A stretch of DNA of 64,000 nucleotides from the human T2T-CHM13v2.0 reference genome, Homo sapiens: NCBI RefSeq assembly GCF_009914755.1, contig NC_060936.1; one strand, written 5' to 3'. Both the position numbers and the translations under genes were made by a program. Shown one piece after another: positions 39,761-54,778 of the stretch; the stretch's first letter is position 1; the number at the start of each line of letters is the position of its first letter. Below the pieces are notes generated by a model. It was not told the DNA's origin. It saw only the letters and a list, made by a program, of their open reading frames with translations, and did not search any database.

Positions 39761-41837
39761 CACAAAAAGAAAACTAGAATTAGAATAACTAGATTAAACC
39801 CAGAGACCTCTACTAGTTTTATATAAATTTGGAGGTTCTAAAGTTTCCTTGAGAATAGATACCTTGGTGGCTTAGTTCTCAGAAATAGCAGGCCTTTTTT
39901 TCAGGTACCTAATACAGTGTGCAAAGTGTTAGAAATTGTTTTCTTGGGACATAGTTTGGACTTGAGTAGTGAGTTCCAGTCTTTAGTGCATATGGCAGGA
40001 TAAACATAAAATGGGAGTGCTGTTAATGTTACGAGAATGGAGAGACTTCACTGAAAAGCTTTGGAATACATTGCAAGCAAACTTAATGAAGAAAATACAT
40101 TAAGTGCAAGAGAAAAAGTGTCACCTAACAAAGAGCACTGTAATCTGGATTATTGGATTAGGAATGGGGAAAGTGAACTACACCATATTGGAATATATAG
40201 TTTTCTCTGCTGCACACTGAAACTTACCACATTTAATCCCAGATAATTATTACATCAAAAATTTTAAGAAAAGCTCTTTTTAGAATTTTGACTAAAAATT
40301 CATTATAAAGGTTTATTTTATGAAGTTATAGATTAGCTGCAAAACAAGCCTGTTTCTAGTGGACAGTCTTTGTGAAAAGTCTTTTTTATTATTATTCATT
40401 TCATTCTTAAAGGCTATAATTTATAAAATCATTCAGCAATATTTTTTAGTTCAAACTTAAGCTCTGCTGAAAATCATAGGGAAGTTATTTATATTTACGT
40501 AAAGATTATGCCATCTGTTCTCATTTTTTTACATTATCAGCATTCAGGATTTTCTAAGCTTAAATTGCTCAGAGAAATAAAGTTGGATTTCCTCTAACTT
40601 GTTTCCTACTGCATAAGTAAGGTGTGAAGTGAATATGAGCTTTAAAACCCAATGAGTATAAATATCCAAGAATGAGGCTAAATTTTTCCAAGTATGAACC
40701 CATGGCTTGATTTTTTTTTCTTACATAATATGATGTCATTTTTTTTTTCATTTTAAAGAAAATATTGGAGCTTCTAAAAACAATGTATGTTCTGGAGTCA
40801 GAACTACACAGAAACAAAAATGTAAATGTTTTGCTCTGTCTGGCTGGTAACCATATAAATGTAGTTAAAAAGACATATTGGGTTATTTCCTGTTCTTGCT
40901 AACTAAGCTCATTCCTCGTGTTTTGTTTCTAATAGGACTAATTTGCATCACATTGTTTAACATATTGGTCTTTTTTCTCTAAATAGGAAAAGAGTGCTGG
41001 AAAAAGTTTTAAGGGTTGATTATAAAACTTTCACTAAAATGCCTTAGGTAGAATATCAATGTGAAGGGTATAAGTAATCTTAAGAAACTTCTTTGAATCT
41101 TAAGAAACTTATTTCTCTACAGAGGATTTTCCATTGGTTTCCGCAGGGAGTACACAACTGCTATGCCCACGCATATCTGGAGCACTGCTCTTTTTCAAAT
41201 TGAGTTCATGTGTATTTATGTCTATATATACCCATTTTGATAGTAATAAATCAAAGGAAGAATTTCAAGAAGACTTCTGGTCTGTCCTCACATCTCCAAG
41301 CATAATTGCCTTGGAAAGAGCCCAGAAAAAGAATGATTTGACTTTTCACTAATAACATCACAGAAAATGATTCCACACCTAAGCATACTTCTCTCTAGCA
41401 TTCCAAACCTTTGAAAGAGTGCATTTCTACCCATTTGAACTTAAACACTTTAGTCATTTTACAAACCCATTAATTTTCGGGTCCTTCTTCTCCTGATCAC
41501 TCTTTTCAACTACATAAAACTAGCAAAATAATTTTGCCTTGTGCTCTTTCTTCCCCAAATCCTTCTGCTTCTTTTCACCAAATTTTAAAACCAATAAAAC
41601 ACTCTTTAGGATCTCATACTTATTTTGTTATAGAGACATTTACTAATGTGTTTAAAACATGTATGGGGAAAAAAAAGTGAAAATTGAGCCAAATAGGACT
41701 CTGAGTTGGAGAATTTTTAAATTGGCAAGCAAGTCAAGGAGGAAAGGAAGATCATAACAGTTATTTTCCTTAGATTCCTTATAAAACACTGACAGAATGT
41801 CTCACTATTATGGCTCTATTATAGCTCCAGAGTTTAC

Positions 41838-41868
41838 ATGTGTGTGTGTGGGTGTGTGTGTGTGTGTC
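41838..41868. repeat. (TG)n microsatellite
   Basis: Direct inspection; one interruption. Confidence 0.9.
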
Positions 41869-42411
41869 TATTAAAGCAATTTACTTTCTTAAGTACTGAG
41901 AATGGGCCCAGATTTCTCCTAAGATATACTTATTGAGGTAGATACACAGATTCATAGATAGGTAGACATATCTTTTGATTCAAATCTATCAGAAGTGTTG
42001 CATATTGCCCACAGTTCTTCAGTTATACCATTAAAAATCCAGTAATTTAAAAAAAGCATAAAAATGATCTATAGTAATTATTATAAATTGAAGTAATAAA
42101 AATTGGATAATGTAAATTACATTTGTTTTTAGATTTTTAATTTAATTTTTCAAAAGCAAATGTCTTTTCCTCAAATCTTTGGTATTTTTCTTAAACTGTT
42201 AGCTTTATACTTACTACATAAACCCTTTTTCTCTGATTTATATTTCTCAGTTTTCACTCTGTTCACACACATTTATCAAACTTAGAACTCACTAATTTTA
42301 ATAGAGTATGCTAAAACATAAAAAAAAATTGTTTACTATAGGGAAAGCACTGTGTTGGGAACCATTTGAATTCAAAATGCATAAGCAATCACTGTATTAA
42401 AGAACTTCTCG

Positions 42412-42713
42412 GGCCAGGTGCAGTGGCTCATGCCTGTAACCCCAGCAATTTGGGAGGCCGAGAGGGGTGGATCACTTGAGGTCAGGAGTTTGAGACCACC
42501 TGTCCAACATGGTGAAATCCCATCTCTACCAAAAATACAAAAACTAGCTGGGCCTGGTGGTGCACACCTGTAATCACAGCTACTTGAGAGGCTGAGACAG
42601 GAGAATCACTTGAAACCTGGGAGGCTGAAGTTGCAGTGAGCCGAGATCACACCACTGCACTCCAGCCTGGGTGACAGTGAGACTCCATCACAAAAAACAA
42701 AAAGAAAAGAAAA
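42412..42713 (+). mobile_element. AluS
   Basis: Full dimer; TSD-like aaagaacttctc / aaaacacttctc. Confidence 0.95.
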
Positions 42714-43599
42714 CACTTCTCTTTGTGAACAATGTTTTTAAAAGCTATATATAAATGTTATTAGTTTGTTTATTTGTAAATGACAGTGGCAGGAACAAAA
42801 TGGAATTGAATTAATGCAAGAATGGGAGTTTGTTGGCTCAAACTACTAAAATGACAGGCTGTCACATCACAAAATTCCTGGAGGCATCATTTATACAGAA
42901 TACAAATGAATAATATTTTCTGAAGTCATGTGACAGAGCATATTTGAATTCAGTGTGTTAAGAATTTTTCATTAGAATTTGACCTTTCTTCATCTCCCAT
43001 GTGTTTTCAACTCCTTTTTTCTTTGTACTGATTTGATTCTCAAGCAGATCCTCTTCATGTGCTCAACAGCTTCAGGATTTAATTCTGTCACTTCAGGGAC
43101 CCAGTAGAAAGGGAATACATCATTCTTCACCATTTCAAGAAGTCCAGGAGTTGATGCTCAATTTTTCTGCCTTACTTACTTGTATCAGAAAACAATTTAC
43201 AATGGTCGTGGGAATTGAGTCAAATCGATATAACCTGAGTGGTCCCTAATTTAAACTAGTCTACCATGAACAGAAGCATGTGAAATGGATGCTGAATAAA
43301 CTATATATCAAGTAAAATAAATAATTATGGCTAAGAAAATAGTATAGAAGTTCCAGGAGGAAGGTTCAAAGATTCTTCACAAGAGTGGAAAATGAAAGCC
43401 ATCTTCAGATGGGGAGAATCATGATGAGCCAAGGATGCCTGGAATATTGACCTTTAGAAATGGAAATAATGATATTACAAGATGAGTGAAATAAAAACAT
43501 GAGAAAAAACTTTGTGACCCTGAGACAAGAAATAATGGAGTAAATACAGTGAACTACCTGTTATATAATTTTCAAACTGTGATGAAACTAAAGAGTCAG

Positions 43600-43875
43600 A
43601 TAAGAAAGATAGATTGGAAGCTGATAATGAAGGGCTTTGAATGCCAGGATAAAAAATTGGGACTAAATGGACTATAAATAATGAGTCAGTAATGACTTTT
43701 GAGCCAGGGAGTAATTTGTTCAAATTTGAGCTTTGACAAGATTCACATTGCAGCTGTGCATAAAAGGCATGGTGCCAAGGAAGGACCATTTAGGAGGCTA
43801 TGGCTGTAGCCCAAGTAAAATATAATGAGGCTGTGAACCTGGAAAGTGGTGGTGGAAAGAGGAGTGAAATTTACA
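43600..43875 (-). mobile_element. L2 fragment
   Basis: gggctttgaatgccagg ... ttttgagccagggagt ... ttaggaggctatggctgtagcccaag. Confidence 0.7.
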
Positions 43876-45538
43876 CATCTCTTTCATGAAACTACCCCTT
43901 AACTCCTGTCCTTGCTTATTTCTATTACCTGAAATATGTGTATAAAATATTGGTATCCTAATGAAAAATCCACTGGCCTTTCTGAAGCCTTGTCTTCTTT
44001 AACTTCTTTTCATTATTTGTCACTGTGAACGAATAATCCCTTTAGAAATCATTTCTTTCTTGGCTCTTATGGCACTATGCCACAGAAGAGACAGATGGAT
44101 ATATATGTATATCCCTCATTTCTTCAGACATTCAGTTTTTAAATCTCTCTTCCCTGCTCTGTTTTCTTACCCAACTTTTCTCCCTCTCTCAATATGCTTC
44201 TTTTACCACTAAGTAGCTGCCTCCTCATTTGATATCAACAGCCCTGGCCTTTCTCTTGAGCAGCAGAATCACATTTGTAATAGTCTGCCTAATATTTCAC
44301 CATGAATGCCCTATCTTTTAAACCCTAATTTGTACAAAAACCAAATCTATCATCTTCTCCTCTAAGATCATTCATCCCTCTCCAATTGTGTCATTATTTT
44401 TCAATAATCTTTTCATTAAATTAGAGCCTGTTCAAATGCTACCTCATCCGTGAAAAGCCATCTGAGGTGTCTATGTATGCTATTTTCTTCTTTGCACTGG
44501 CAGTGTACCTAATGAACTCCTGTTGTGTCACATACATCCACTAATTTATTTGTTAATTCAATAAACATTTATTAAGTCTTGAGTATTCAGGCTCTAGTAA
44601 TTTAAAAAATACAACATTGAGTAAACCATCAAGAATAATTCTCTGCTTGCATGAAATATTTATATTCAATTGCAGTGTCCTTGTATGTAGAATGCGTATA
44701 GACATCTCTATATAGCAAAGGGTATATAATAGAGGATTTGGGAGTATAAAATTTGTTGGATGAATTAATGAGTGGATGAATCATTAGAACTTTATCTTTT
44801 TTAATGTCAAAATATTTTGAATGATGCCGAGTATAAAATCATGGTATAAGATTCTGAAAACAGGGTTACATCTTACGTTTTTTATATTACTCATAATACC
44901 TGACTTACAATATTTTATGTATATTCCTCAGGTTTCTGCAATATTTGTTGACCATTTAACTGAAATGTTCTAAGAAGTGTCATATTGACAATATATATAA
45001 CAGACAACAATGAGTGAACACATAGATCATTCTTTTGTGCACAGATTTCTAAAGGATAAATGATAGTCTGAGAAAATAAACTCCATGAAAAGATTTGGGT
45101 GAATTTATTTTTTCTTACATGAGTTCTTTTCAACTACACTGAAAATATGAAAAGGCTTATAATCAAATATGCATGAGGGAATTCCAAATGATTAACTATA
45201 TTTTCTAATCAGAAATGTCAAAAGTTTTTATCATGTACTAGGTTTCTCTGATAAATTAGCCCAATACAAATTATTAGACTAAGAATTTTCATAGTAACCT
45301 AATGCAGGGCTAAGATGCATAAGATAAGAGAATCATGAAAATGCCTTTTTAAAAACTTTGAAAAACTGTGCTTAATCGCACAGCTTTTATAAAAAAATAA
45401 TTATTTTTCTATAGTAATTGATATACCATATTACACATATGGCATACTGCTGCTGTTAGATATGCAAAAGAAGACAGATTCTATAGAACTCTTCAACTGG
45501 CCTTTGTGATGGCAATAAAAAGATTATCTATACCTTTA

Positions 45539-45751
45539 CAAGGTTTCTCAACCTTAGCACTTTTGACATTTTGTGCCAGGTGATTTTTTTGTTGTGAGAG
45601 CTGTCCTGTATGTTGGACGTATAGCATACATGTCTTCCATTCACTAAATGCCAGTCACACCTCCAGAAGTGAAAATCAAAAATGGGTCTAGACGTTGCTA
45701 AATATCCACATGGTAGAAGGGTGAGGGTTCTCCCCTGCTTGAGAACCACTG
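45539..45751 (-). mobile_element. MER20, full length
   Basis: TIRs caaggtttctcaacc and ttgagaaccactg; internal agcacttttgacattttg. Confidence 0.9.
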
Positions 45752-47569
45752 ACCTTAGTAATGTTGAATTATCCTAAACCTGCAGGAACTGAAAATAAAG
45801 AGTAATTTAAAAAAACAAATTCCTGAGAAGCTGAAAATGTGTTTTTAATGGACCATTTTATCTGATTTGTGTGACGATTGCATATTTTAAAAATATGCAA
45901 TCTTCCCCTCCCATTCTCAGTGAAGATAAATCCTCTCCTTGCTCTTCATCTTTGGACTGAAGTTGGAAATGATTGCCATTTCCTGGCTCTGTTTGGAGAG
46001 GACTGGATGCGATTTCACATTTCTGTTCTAACTGAACCCTGCCCCATGAAAAATAAAATCACCATATGTAATATGAAAATAAAAGTACATTAGGAAAAAA
46101 AATCTGTTTCAATTTTGCCCAAAATCATAATAAATTCCATACAGCCAAAGAGTTTTGTAACTGTAATGTGATTATTCTTAACAAGTAGGTTATCCTAATG
46201 TCGTTTTGCCTTTCTCTGAGATAAAAACTGAAAGGTTTTCTTAGAAAACAAAATGGATATAAGTACATTGAGACATAAAAATATCAAATATAATCCAGAC
46301 ACTTTTGAGCTTTCGTTTTAATGAAGAAACAAAAATATTTTGTATTAGATACCACTGTCTTATAAAAAAAAAAAAGACAACAGAATAAATGGAAATGTAG
46401 AAACATATTTATCTTGCAAATGCAGCTTCAAAGGTAGCAATTTGGGATTTTTTTAAATCACATTTATATGTCCTCTTGATTGTTTTCTCACAGCAGATTT
46501 AAAGAGCTTTCAAATAACAATCCCCTGGGCAGAGTAATTTTGCATGTGCAGCTAGGTCTTGTGTAATGGAGAAAACAGAACTAAAGGATGATGTTCCTAT
46601 CATTTAAAGCCATTTTCTTTCACCTAAATAAAAAGAAACAAGAAAAAAAAAAAACCTAGTCTAAAAGGTAAGAAAATAAAGAGGAAATTGCAACGTGTTG
46701 AGCAACTGTGATATTGTGGCATATTGGTTACTATATTTTTTATATTTAGGAGCAAATGTAAAATAAGTGGAATTCCAGGAAAGCCTGAATAATGACCAGT
46801 GAGCATTATCCCATTGTGGGTTTCCACACAAAGTTTTCATTAAATGCCATTAAATTGTTTGCATCTGGTTTGGTCTTTGTAAAACACGCACAGGTTAGAA
46901 ATGGGGGCAATAGAATGTATTGTCGTTTAGAAGCTATAATTTCCAAACTGAAATATCTTTATTTAATCCAACAAGAACTGTGTTCTCAGGGCCATTTTAA
47001 ACAGATGTTCAAACAGCTTTCCTTCATCTCCTAGTGAATCAATTTAGATATTTGGTGCAGTATCATTTTTCTTTTTGTTAAAAATTGTCCCAGTTTTATG
47101 TGCCATTAGTTGGATTTTTTTAAAAAATATTAAATTTTAACCAAACAGTTGAACTGCTATAACTGTGCATGTAGAAGGGTATCTAAAACATAAAAGAAAA
47201 ATAGCTGCTACTATTTGTGATTCTGTGCATATCAAGAGCACTCCTTCAGTAATCAAAACAAATTCACTGGAATCTTTAAAACATCGCATTTTTCAAAACA
47301 TTGTTACAGGATTTACTTTCTTTGTCATTTAACAGTTATTGTATATTATCGGATAACAACTACCGTAAGCCACTAAAGGGTGAAATAAGCTTATAAATAT
47401 ACCAGAAATTAACTCAGCATCCTTTATTAATAGTCATATAACTTTATATTCATTCAAGAACACCAAAAAAGTCAATTTTAACAGAACTTTATAAAATGAT
47501 TCAATGTTATTATATATTTAGAACTTTAAAGCATTTCCTCATGTAGCATAAATTTTGTTAATTTATTAT

Positions 47570-47715
47570 TTGTCCCCTCTACCTAAAATGTAAACTCCAT
47601 GAGGTTCCAGAATGTTTCCTGTGTTCATTGCTTTAGGCTTTGTATGTAGCTAAATATCTGGTATATTTTCTATCACACAGTAAGTATTTACTGAATGACT
47701 AGGCAAGTGAATGAA
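47570..47715 (+). mobile_element. L2 3' end
   Basis: aatgtaaactccatgagg ... tgttcattg ... agtatttactgaatga. Confidence 0.65.
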
Positions 47716-48427
47716 ACCTACTCAAATATCATTCCAGAAAAAAAATTAGTTTGCGTTCATTTTTTAAAATGTTAAATACCAAGTTCCCGCATGAAAAATT
47801 TGCTATGAATCTAAACTTTTAAAGGACAATAGGTTGTTATATTGGGAATAATCTGCATATAAATCTTGGTTTCTGCCAATTTACAGACTTTCTGTAACTT
47901 CAAGCAAGTAGTTTACTTTATCTGAGTTTGTATTTCCTTTTCTATAAAATAAGGAATCTACAAAACTATCTAACAAAAAGTAGATGCTTAAATAAAATTT
48001 TTGTTTTCTTTTATGAATTTTGAGAAATCACTTCTTAAAAGGAACTAAACTACTAGTAAATGCTAAGTGGAAACATGATATTGCTTTGTGGTGCCTTTTT
48101 TTTAATACTTACACCACTGAAGTATCTGAAAAGCTATGTATTTGTAGGCCCTATGCAAAATAATAAACTGTCATCTTCTTAAATTAACCTATTCTTTATG
48201 TGGTCTTGCAAATAATAGGCCTGCTGTGTATTCAATGTAGTTTAGCTTTGGACTTTGTGCCTTGCATAATTATAGCAATAAAAGCATTATGCCTACTGTC
48301 AGAGAATATGAATCCATTCTTACACCAAAGTGAGAAGAGTACTTTCAGAAAACTTTTCTTAATATAATATAAAATAAAGACCTGGAGTCAGATAACAATC
48401 TACTTTCTTTTTTCCATTGGTGAAGAT

Positions 48428-49332
48428 TTTTGTTTTTGTTTGTTTTTGTTATTGTTGTTGTTTGTTCTGTTTTGTTTTTAGACAGGATCTCTGTAGCCCA
48501 GGCTGGAGTGCAGTGGCACAATCACGGCTCACAGCAATCTTGACCTCTGGGCCCAAGTTATACTCCCACCCCTTCCTCCTGAGTAGTCGGGACCAGAGGA
48601 GCAGGTCACCACACCCGGCTAATTTGTGTGTGTGTGTGTGTGTGTGAGAGTGTGAGTGTGTGTGTGTATGTGTGTGTGTGATGGTTAATACTGAGTGCCA
48701 ACTTGATTGGATTGAAGGATGCAAAGTATTATTGTTCCTGGGTATGTCTGTGAGGGTATTGCCAAAGGAGATTAACATTTCAGTCTGTGGGCTGGAGAAG
48801 GCAGACCCACACTTAACCTGGTGGGCACAATCGAATCAGCTGCCAGTGAATATAAAGCAGGCAGAAAAACGTGAAAAGACAAGACTGGCTTAGCCTCCTA
48901 GCCTACATCTTTCTCCCGTGCTGGATGCTTCCTGCCCTCAAACATTGGACTCCAAGTTCTTCAGTTTTGAGACTTGGACTGGCTCTCCTTGTTCCTCAGG
49001 CTTGCAGGCAGCCTATTGTGGGACGTGTGATCGTCTAAGTTAATATTTAATAAACATATATATATATAATTATATGTATGTTTATATTATATATATGTTT
49101 ATATATATATAAAATTAATTCTGTCCTTCTAGGGAACCCTGACTAATAGAGAGAGAGAGTGTGTGAGAGTGTGTGTGTGTGTGTGTGTGTGCGCGTGCAT
49201 GTGTGTAAGGACGAGTTTTCCCTATGTTGCTGAGGCTGGTCTCAAACTCCTGGGCTCAAGCAATCCTCCCGACTCTCCTGCCTCGACCTCACAAAGTGCT
49301 GGGATTACAGGTATGATCCACTGTGCCCAGGC
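48428..49332 (-). mobile_element. AluJ split by an MLT2A1 LTR and TG/GA microsatellites
   Basis: Right arm 48478-48624, left arm 49207-49332 (ctcctgggctcaagcaatcctccc is J-type); flanks tgaagattt / tgaagttct. Confidence 0.9.
48677..49150 (+). mobile_element. MLT2A1 (HERV-L) solo LTR
   Basis: tgtgatggttaatactgagtgccaacttgattggattgaaggatgcaaagtatt ... tataaagcaggcagaaaaacgtgaaa ... gaaccctgactaata. Confidence 0.93.
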
Positions 49333-50205
49333 TTGAAGTTCTTAATTAAATTAAAGACAGGTAGGTAGAAGAGAAATCATGCAGAAAGGGAAATGAAACT
49401 ATGATTATGCTTTGCTGATGCTAAGATATATATAATGAAAACAAGATCAGTTAGCCATATAGATGGATTTTTCCTATCAATCAAATCCACCTAAAAAGAT
49501 TCTTGATGATGACTGTCAGTGTTAAGAAGCAGTTACTTTGCAGAAGGAACAAAGTTGATGGAGTCAGTTGAACTAGACTCTAACCTAAAATCTGCTGTAT
49601 AATAGCTGAACAACATTAAGCAAGTTACTTAAGTTCACCCTTTCCAAATCTCAATATCTTAATGTGAGATAGTCCTTTCAAGACAGTGTATTTTGTTTCA
49701 TTAAAATTGTCTTTAGATACTATATGTTAAAAATTAGTGATAAATTTTATTAGATATTTAATAAATCATAATGATTATTATAGTCTACCCAAAACCTATG
49801 CCTTAACTACACCTAATATGTCTAATATATAAAAGAGCTCTACAGCTAAAAGCCAGAAGTAAGAAGCTAAGGACATTGGAGCATCCCTGGTAACAATTGC
49901 CAATGACCTACTTAGTGCTCATGCTCCTTCTTTATTCTAACTTTGATAAAACTCCTGGCTCTCAGCTTATATCTTCTTTTTTGCTGCCTCATTGCCCATT
50001 GCACTTAGAGTCTGATTCTTCTCTTACTGGCTTAATTTCTAACACTTGGTAATATTTATGGCTCAGAAATTTCTATTAAGTATTCTGTTTAAGAATAATC
50101 TGCTTTCAACCCTTAATATTAAGTCTCCTCTTACCTAAAAGCTTTCCAGTGTCTAAAAGGTTTGCAATAATCCATCACACTGATTTACATTGGATAATCT
50201 GATTC

Positions 50206-50912
<707 letters not shown>

Positions 50913-51190
50913 TCTGTTAAATCTAGCTTTTAGAGATCTATCATCTATTAATCTCTCTCACTTATCAGTTTCCTTTTGCTATAGCCTCAATAAGCTTCCG
51001 TCTTTCCCTTAAACATTTTTATGGCATTGAATTTGCTGCTTCATCTTGCCTGGAATTTTCTACCTCCAGATTACTCATTTCTGTATCTTTCTGTTTCTGC
51101 AAATTTCTGCTAAAATGTCACTCCTGGAAGCCATTTTCTCAATTTCTCATTCTAAATTCAAACTCCCAGACATCTCATTTCATATCACTT

Positions 51191-51979
51191 TGTGTCACTG
51201 CCATGAAAAACACCTGTCTGCAATGACTTCTGAGGCTAACTCCTCAGGATTAGGCTGCACTTCACAGGTTAAAGGCACAGTCCTCCAGAAGACTGCCATC
51301 ACTTTAGACACCAGCTTCAAGTTTGGGGCTTCTCAGGCTACCTGCAATTTCAGACTAACTGGCAACTGATTCAGGGCTTCCTACTGCTATTCCAAGTTTG
51401 AAAATCCACTAGAACCAATTACAGAAACTCAGAAGAGTGCTGTATTTACAACTACAGTTTTATTATAGCAAAAAGGATACAACTAAGAACCAGCCAAAAG
51501 AAGAAATGCAATGAATGAGATCTCAGAGGGTCCCAAATTAAAAGGAGAAAACAAAACAAAACTACTGGTTTCCTCTCCCCATGACCTCAAGATGAGTCAT
51601 CCTTTCTGCACATCAATGTATACTACAAACTAAAGAAGCTCACCCAGGTTTGGTGGAGTTTTATTATATTTGTTGAGGATTCATTTATAGTGTCTTTGGC
51701 CACATAAGAGAATTCAATCTTTAGCCCTTCTTCACTTCCCCGAGGTCAGTAGAGATCATGTTTCTCAAAGTCCAACACTTTAATCATCTCATTAGTCTTT
51801 TTGGCATGGGCAGGCCCGTCTTGAGTCTTCTCACTGCTGCAAGTTATCTAGGGGCCCATAAACTATTAGGACCCACCAGGAATAGCTCAGGCCTTCCTAT
51901 TACCTAGGAAATTTCAAGGATTTAGCAGTTACCTCCCAGGAGATGGGGAAAGGCCAGCCAAATTCTTTATTATACAACA
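51191..51979 (-). mobile_element. MER21-family LTR
   Basis: cacaggttaaaggcacagtcctcc ... gactgcc ... ggaaatttcaaggatttag ... gccaaattctttattatacaaca. Confidence 0.85.
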
Positions 51980-52279
51980 CTTTCTCTAAAATGATCTTGT
52001 ACACTTATTTTTCAGCATCTAATCCTCCTAAATATAAGCTTCATGGGACCAAAATCCTTGTCTGTTTTGGCAGTGCAGAAGACTGAATAGTAAACAGTAG
52101 GTGCTAGATAAATATTTACAGAATAAATTAACTAAGAATTACAAATTCTGGCCTGGACAGTTCAATTAGGAGTTGTTGGTAGACAGTTCGTTCTTGATGT
52201 TCATAAAACTGTGTGTGTGAGCTCTAAAATAATAGCTTAATTGAAGTTAATTACGGAAAAAAAATACAGCATTGCCCAT

Positions 52280-52470
52280 TGTTATCTGCTTCTGAATCCT
52301 AGCTCTATTACATACGTACTGTGTGAGTTGCTGTGTGCTTCATGTTCCAATTTAAGCACAGTGATACCTGTCTCTACTTCATCAGGTTCTTGTGAGGATT
52401 AAATAAGATGTCTGAAAACCTGTTTGGAAGGGAGCCTATATGATAAAATCTTTAGTAATTATTGTTTATT
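52280..52470 (+). mobile_element. MIR
   Basis: tctgaatcctagctctatta ... tacttcatcaggttcttgtgaggattaaataagat. Confidence 0.65.
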
Positions 52471-52533
52471 ATTGAGGATATTGTGATTATGGTATGGAAA
52501 TGTGGAAGGCCACTGAAATGGGAGAGTTATTGA

Positions 52534-52887
<354 letters not shown>

Positions 52888-54656
52888 TAATACATTCTGG
52901 CCAACAGCATTCTCTGGTCTCACAATAGTCACTCATTAATAAATTATTTAATTTAATTTGAAATTCACTATACTAGATGTGTTGTGGGAAATTCAGATGG
53001 TCTATACCTTAATATTACACAAAATACTTATAGGGGGAAAAGATCTGTCTCAAAAAAAGTATACCAGAATGTCCTTGAAATCAGGAATTATATTGTTCAG
53101 GTACGCCTCTCTTCCTAGGGTCTCACATGCTACCCAATACTTAGATCAGTTAGATCTAACAAAATGAAGTAAATTTAGGAGATTAGATAAATTTAATATA
53201 GATGTATGTTAGATATAAAAATGTGTGTGTATGTATGTATAATACATTTATTAGGTTATACACATTTCTAAAATTACCATAAAAATGGTTCCTATATCAA
53301 AAAAAAAAGATTAGAAAATCAGTGTTGGGCCTTTTCTTTTTAAACTTTCAACTGTTGACTATGTCAATATTAAAGTACAATTTATAAAAAGCATAGACAG
53401 ATTTTTTTAAGTAAAGTTTCAAAAAGACATTTTTAAATATGTTATTACTTTCATAATTTGACAAGGTTAAAAAAATTGAAAACTAAATTTTTATTTTGTT
53501 TACATAGTATATGAACTTGCCTGATGAAGATTTGCATTTTTCATAAAACTAAAACTGTTTCACCACATTTAGGAAAACCATATTTTCTCCTTTCCATAGC
53601 CAACATTTTATACTGAATTTTATTTTAAAGAAAAGAGGCCTCACATTTTGGATGCTATAAGGAGGTTCTACAGACTTCTTAATTTGTACTGGAGGTATGT
53701 ATTGAGTGCCTATCATGTGACAGGTCCTCTTCTAAATGCTGAGATAAACAGTGAACTACATATAAAAAATCCAGTCATGGAGCTTTCATTCAAGTCATGA
53801 TACTGACCACTTTGGGAAAAATATTCTATAACTTAATCAATATAAAGCCAGATATCAATTATACATCATCATTCTATACTCAGTATTTCTTCACTATTAG
53901 GGCATATATTTATTTTATACTTCCTAATTGCAAGATATGTGCTTAATCCTGAGAATATAATATTGAAAGGGGCATAGGCGATCTGTATCACGATGAAGCA
54001 AAGAAAATACAGAACAGAATTTCAGAAACTAAATAACTGTACAAATAAGGGTTTGATTAAAATTTTAATTACCAGGAGAAATATGACTTAAACATTCTTA
54101 CATGTGAAAAAGGCTTATCTTAGGAAAGAACTTTCCCTCATTTAAAGAGAAAGAAACTGAATTTCTAAAAGATGACTTTATTTGCTTCAGTTAAAGATGC
54201 AAGCCAAGACAAAGCACATCTCCTGAGACCAAAGTCAAAATTCTCTTTAGCATAACACCCTCCTTTCATTTCTGCCTAAAAACACAAGCTCCACAGCATG
54301 TTTGGAAAAATTCACACCATGGTATTTTGGTGTCTGAAAAAGGTTGAGAATATTATTCAGCCTATTTTTCACATTAATTTTTCTTTTCATTTTCTGAATA
54401 TGGAGTTTGGGGGACAAGAGTGAAAGAAAATGGAGTTCATGCCCCACTTAATGAGCCTGGAATTTTAAGCTTCTGAAAAGACTACAAAACTAAAGCAGTC
54501 TGGACACCATTGTCAATGTCCAACTCCAGCTGAGAGGATTAGAACTTTAAATAAACCAGAAAGAAAATGGGCTTTTCTCAGCATCCCAATCTGACCTTTC
54601 ATATTTTCAGGTTGAAACTGGGTTACAATGAGGTTTTTCTTATTTTCTCTTTAAAG

Positions 54657-54778
54657 TAGGCTTGTCAGATAAGATACAGGCTGCTCAGTCAAATTTAAAT
54701 TTCAGATAAATAATGTTTAATGTTTTATATAAATGTGTTCAATGAAATATTTTTATTTGCTACAATTGGCAATCCTAC
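54657..54778. mobile_element. MER53 (hAT MITE), internally deleted
   Basis: ggcttgtcagataagatacaggctgctcagtcaaatttaaatttcagataaa ... tggcaatcct. Confidence 0.75.
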
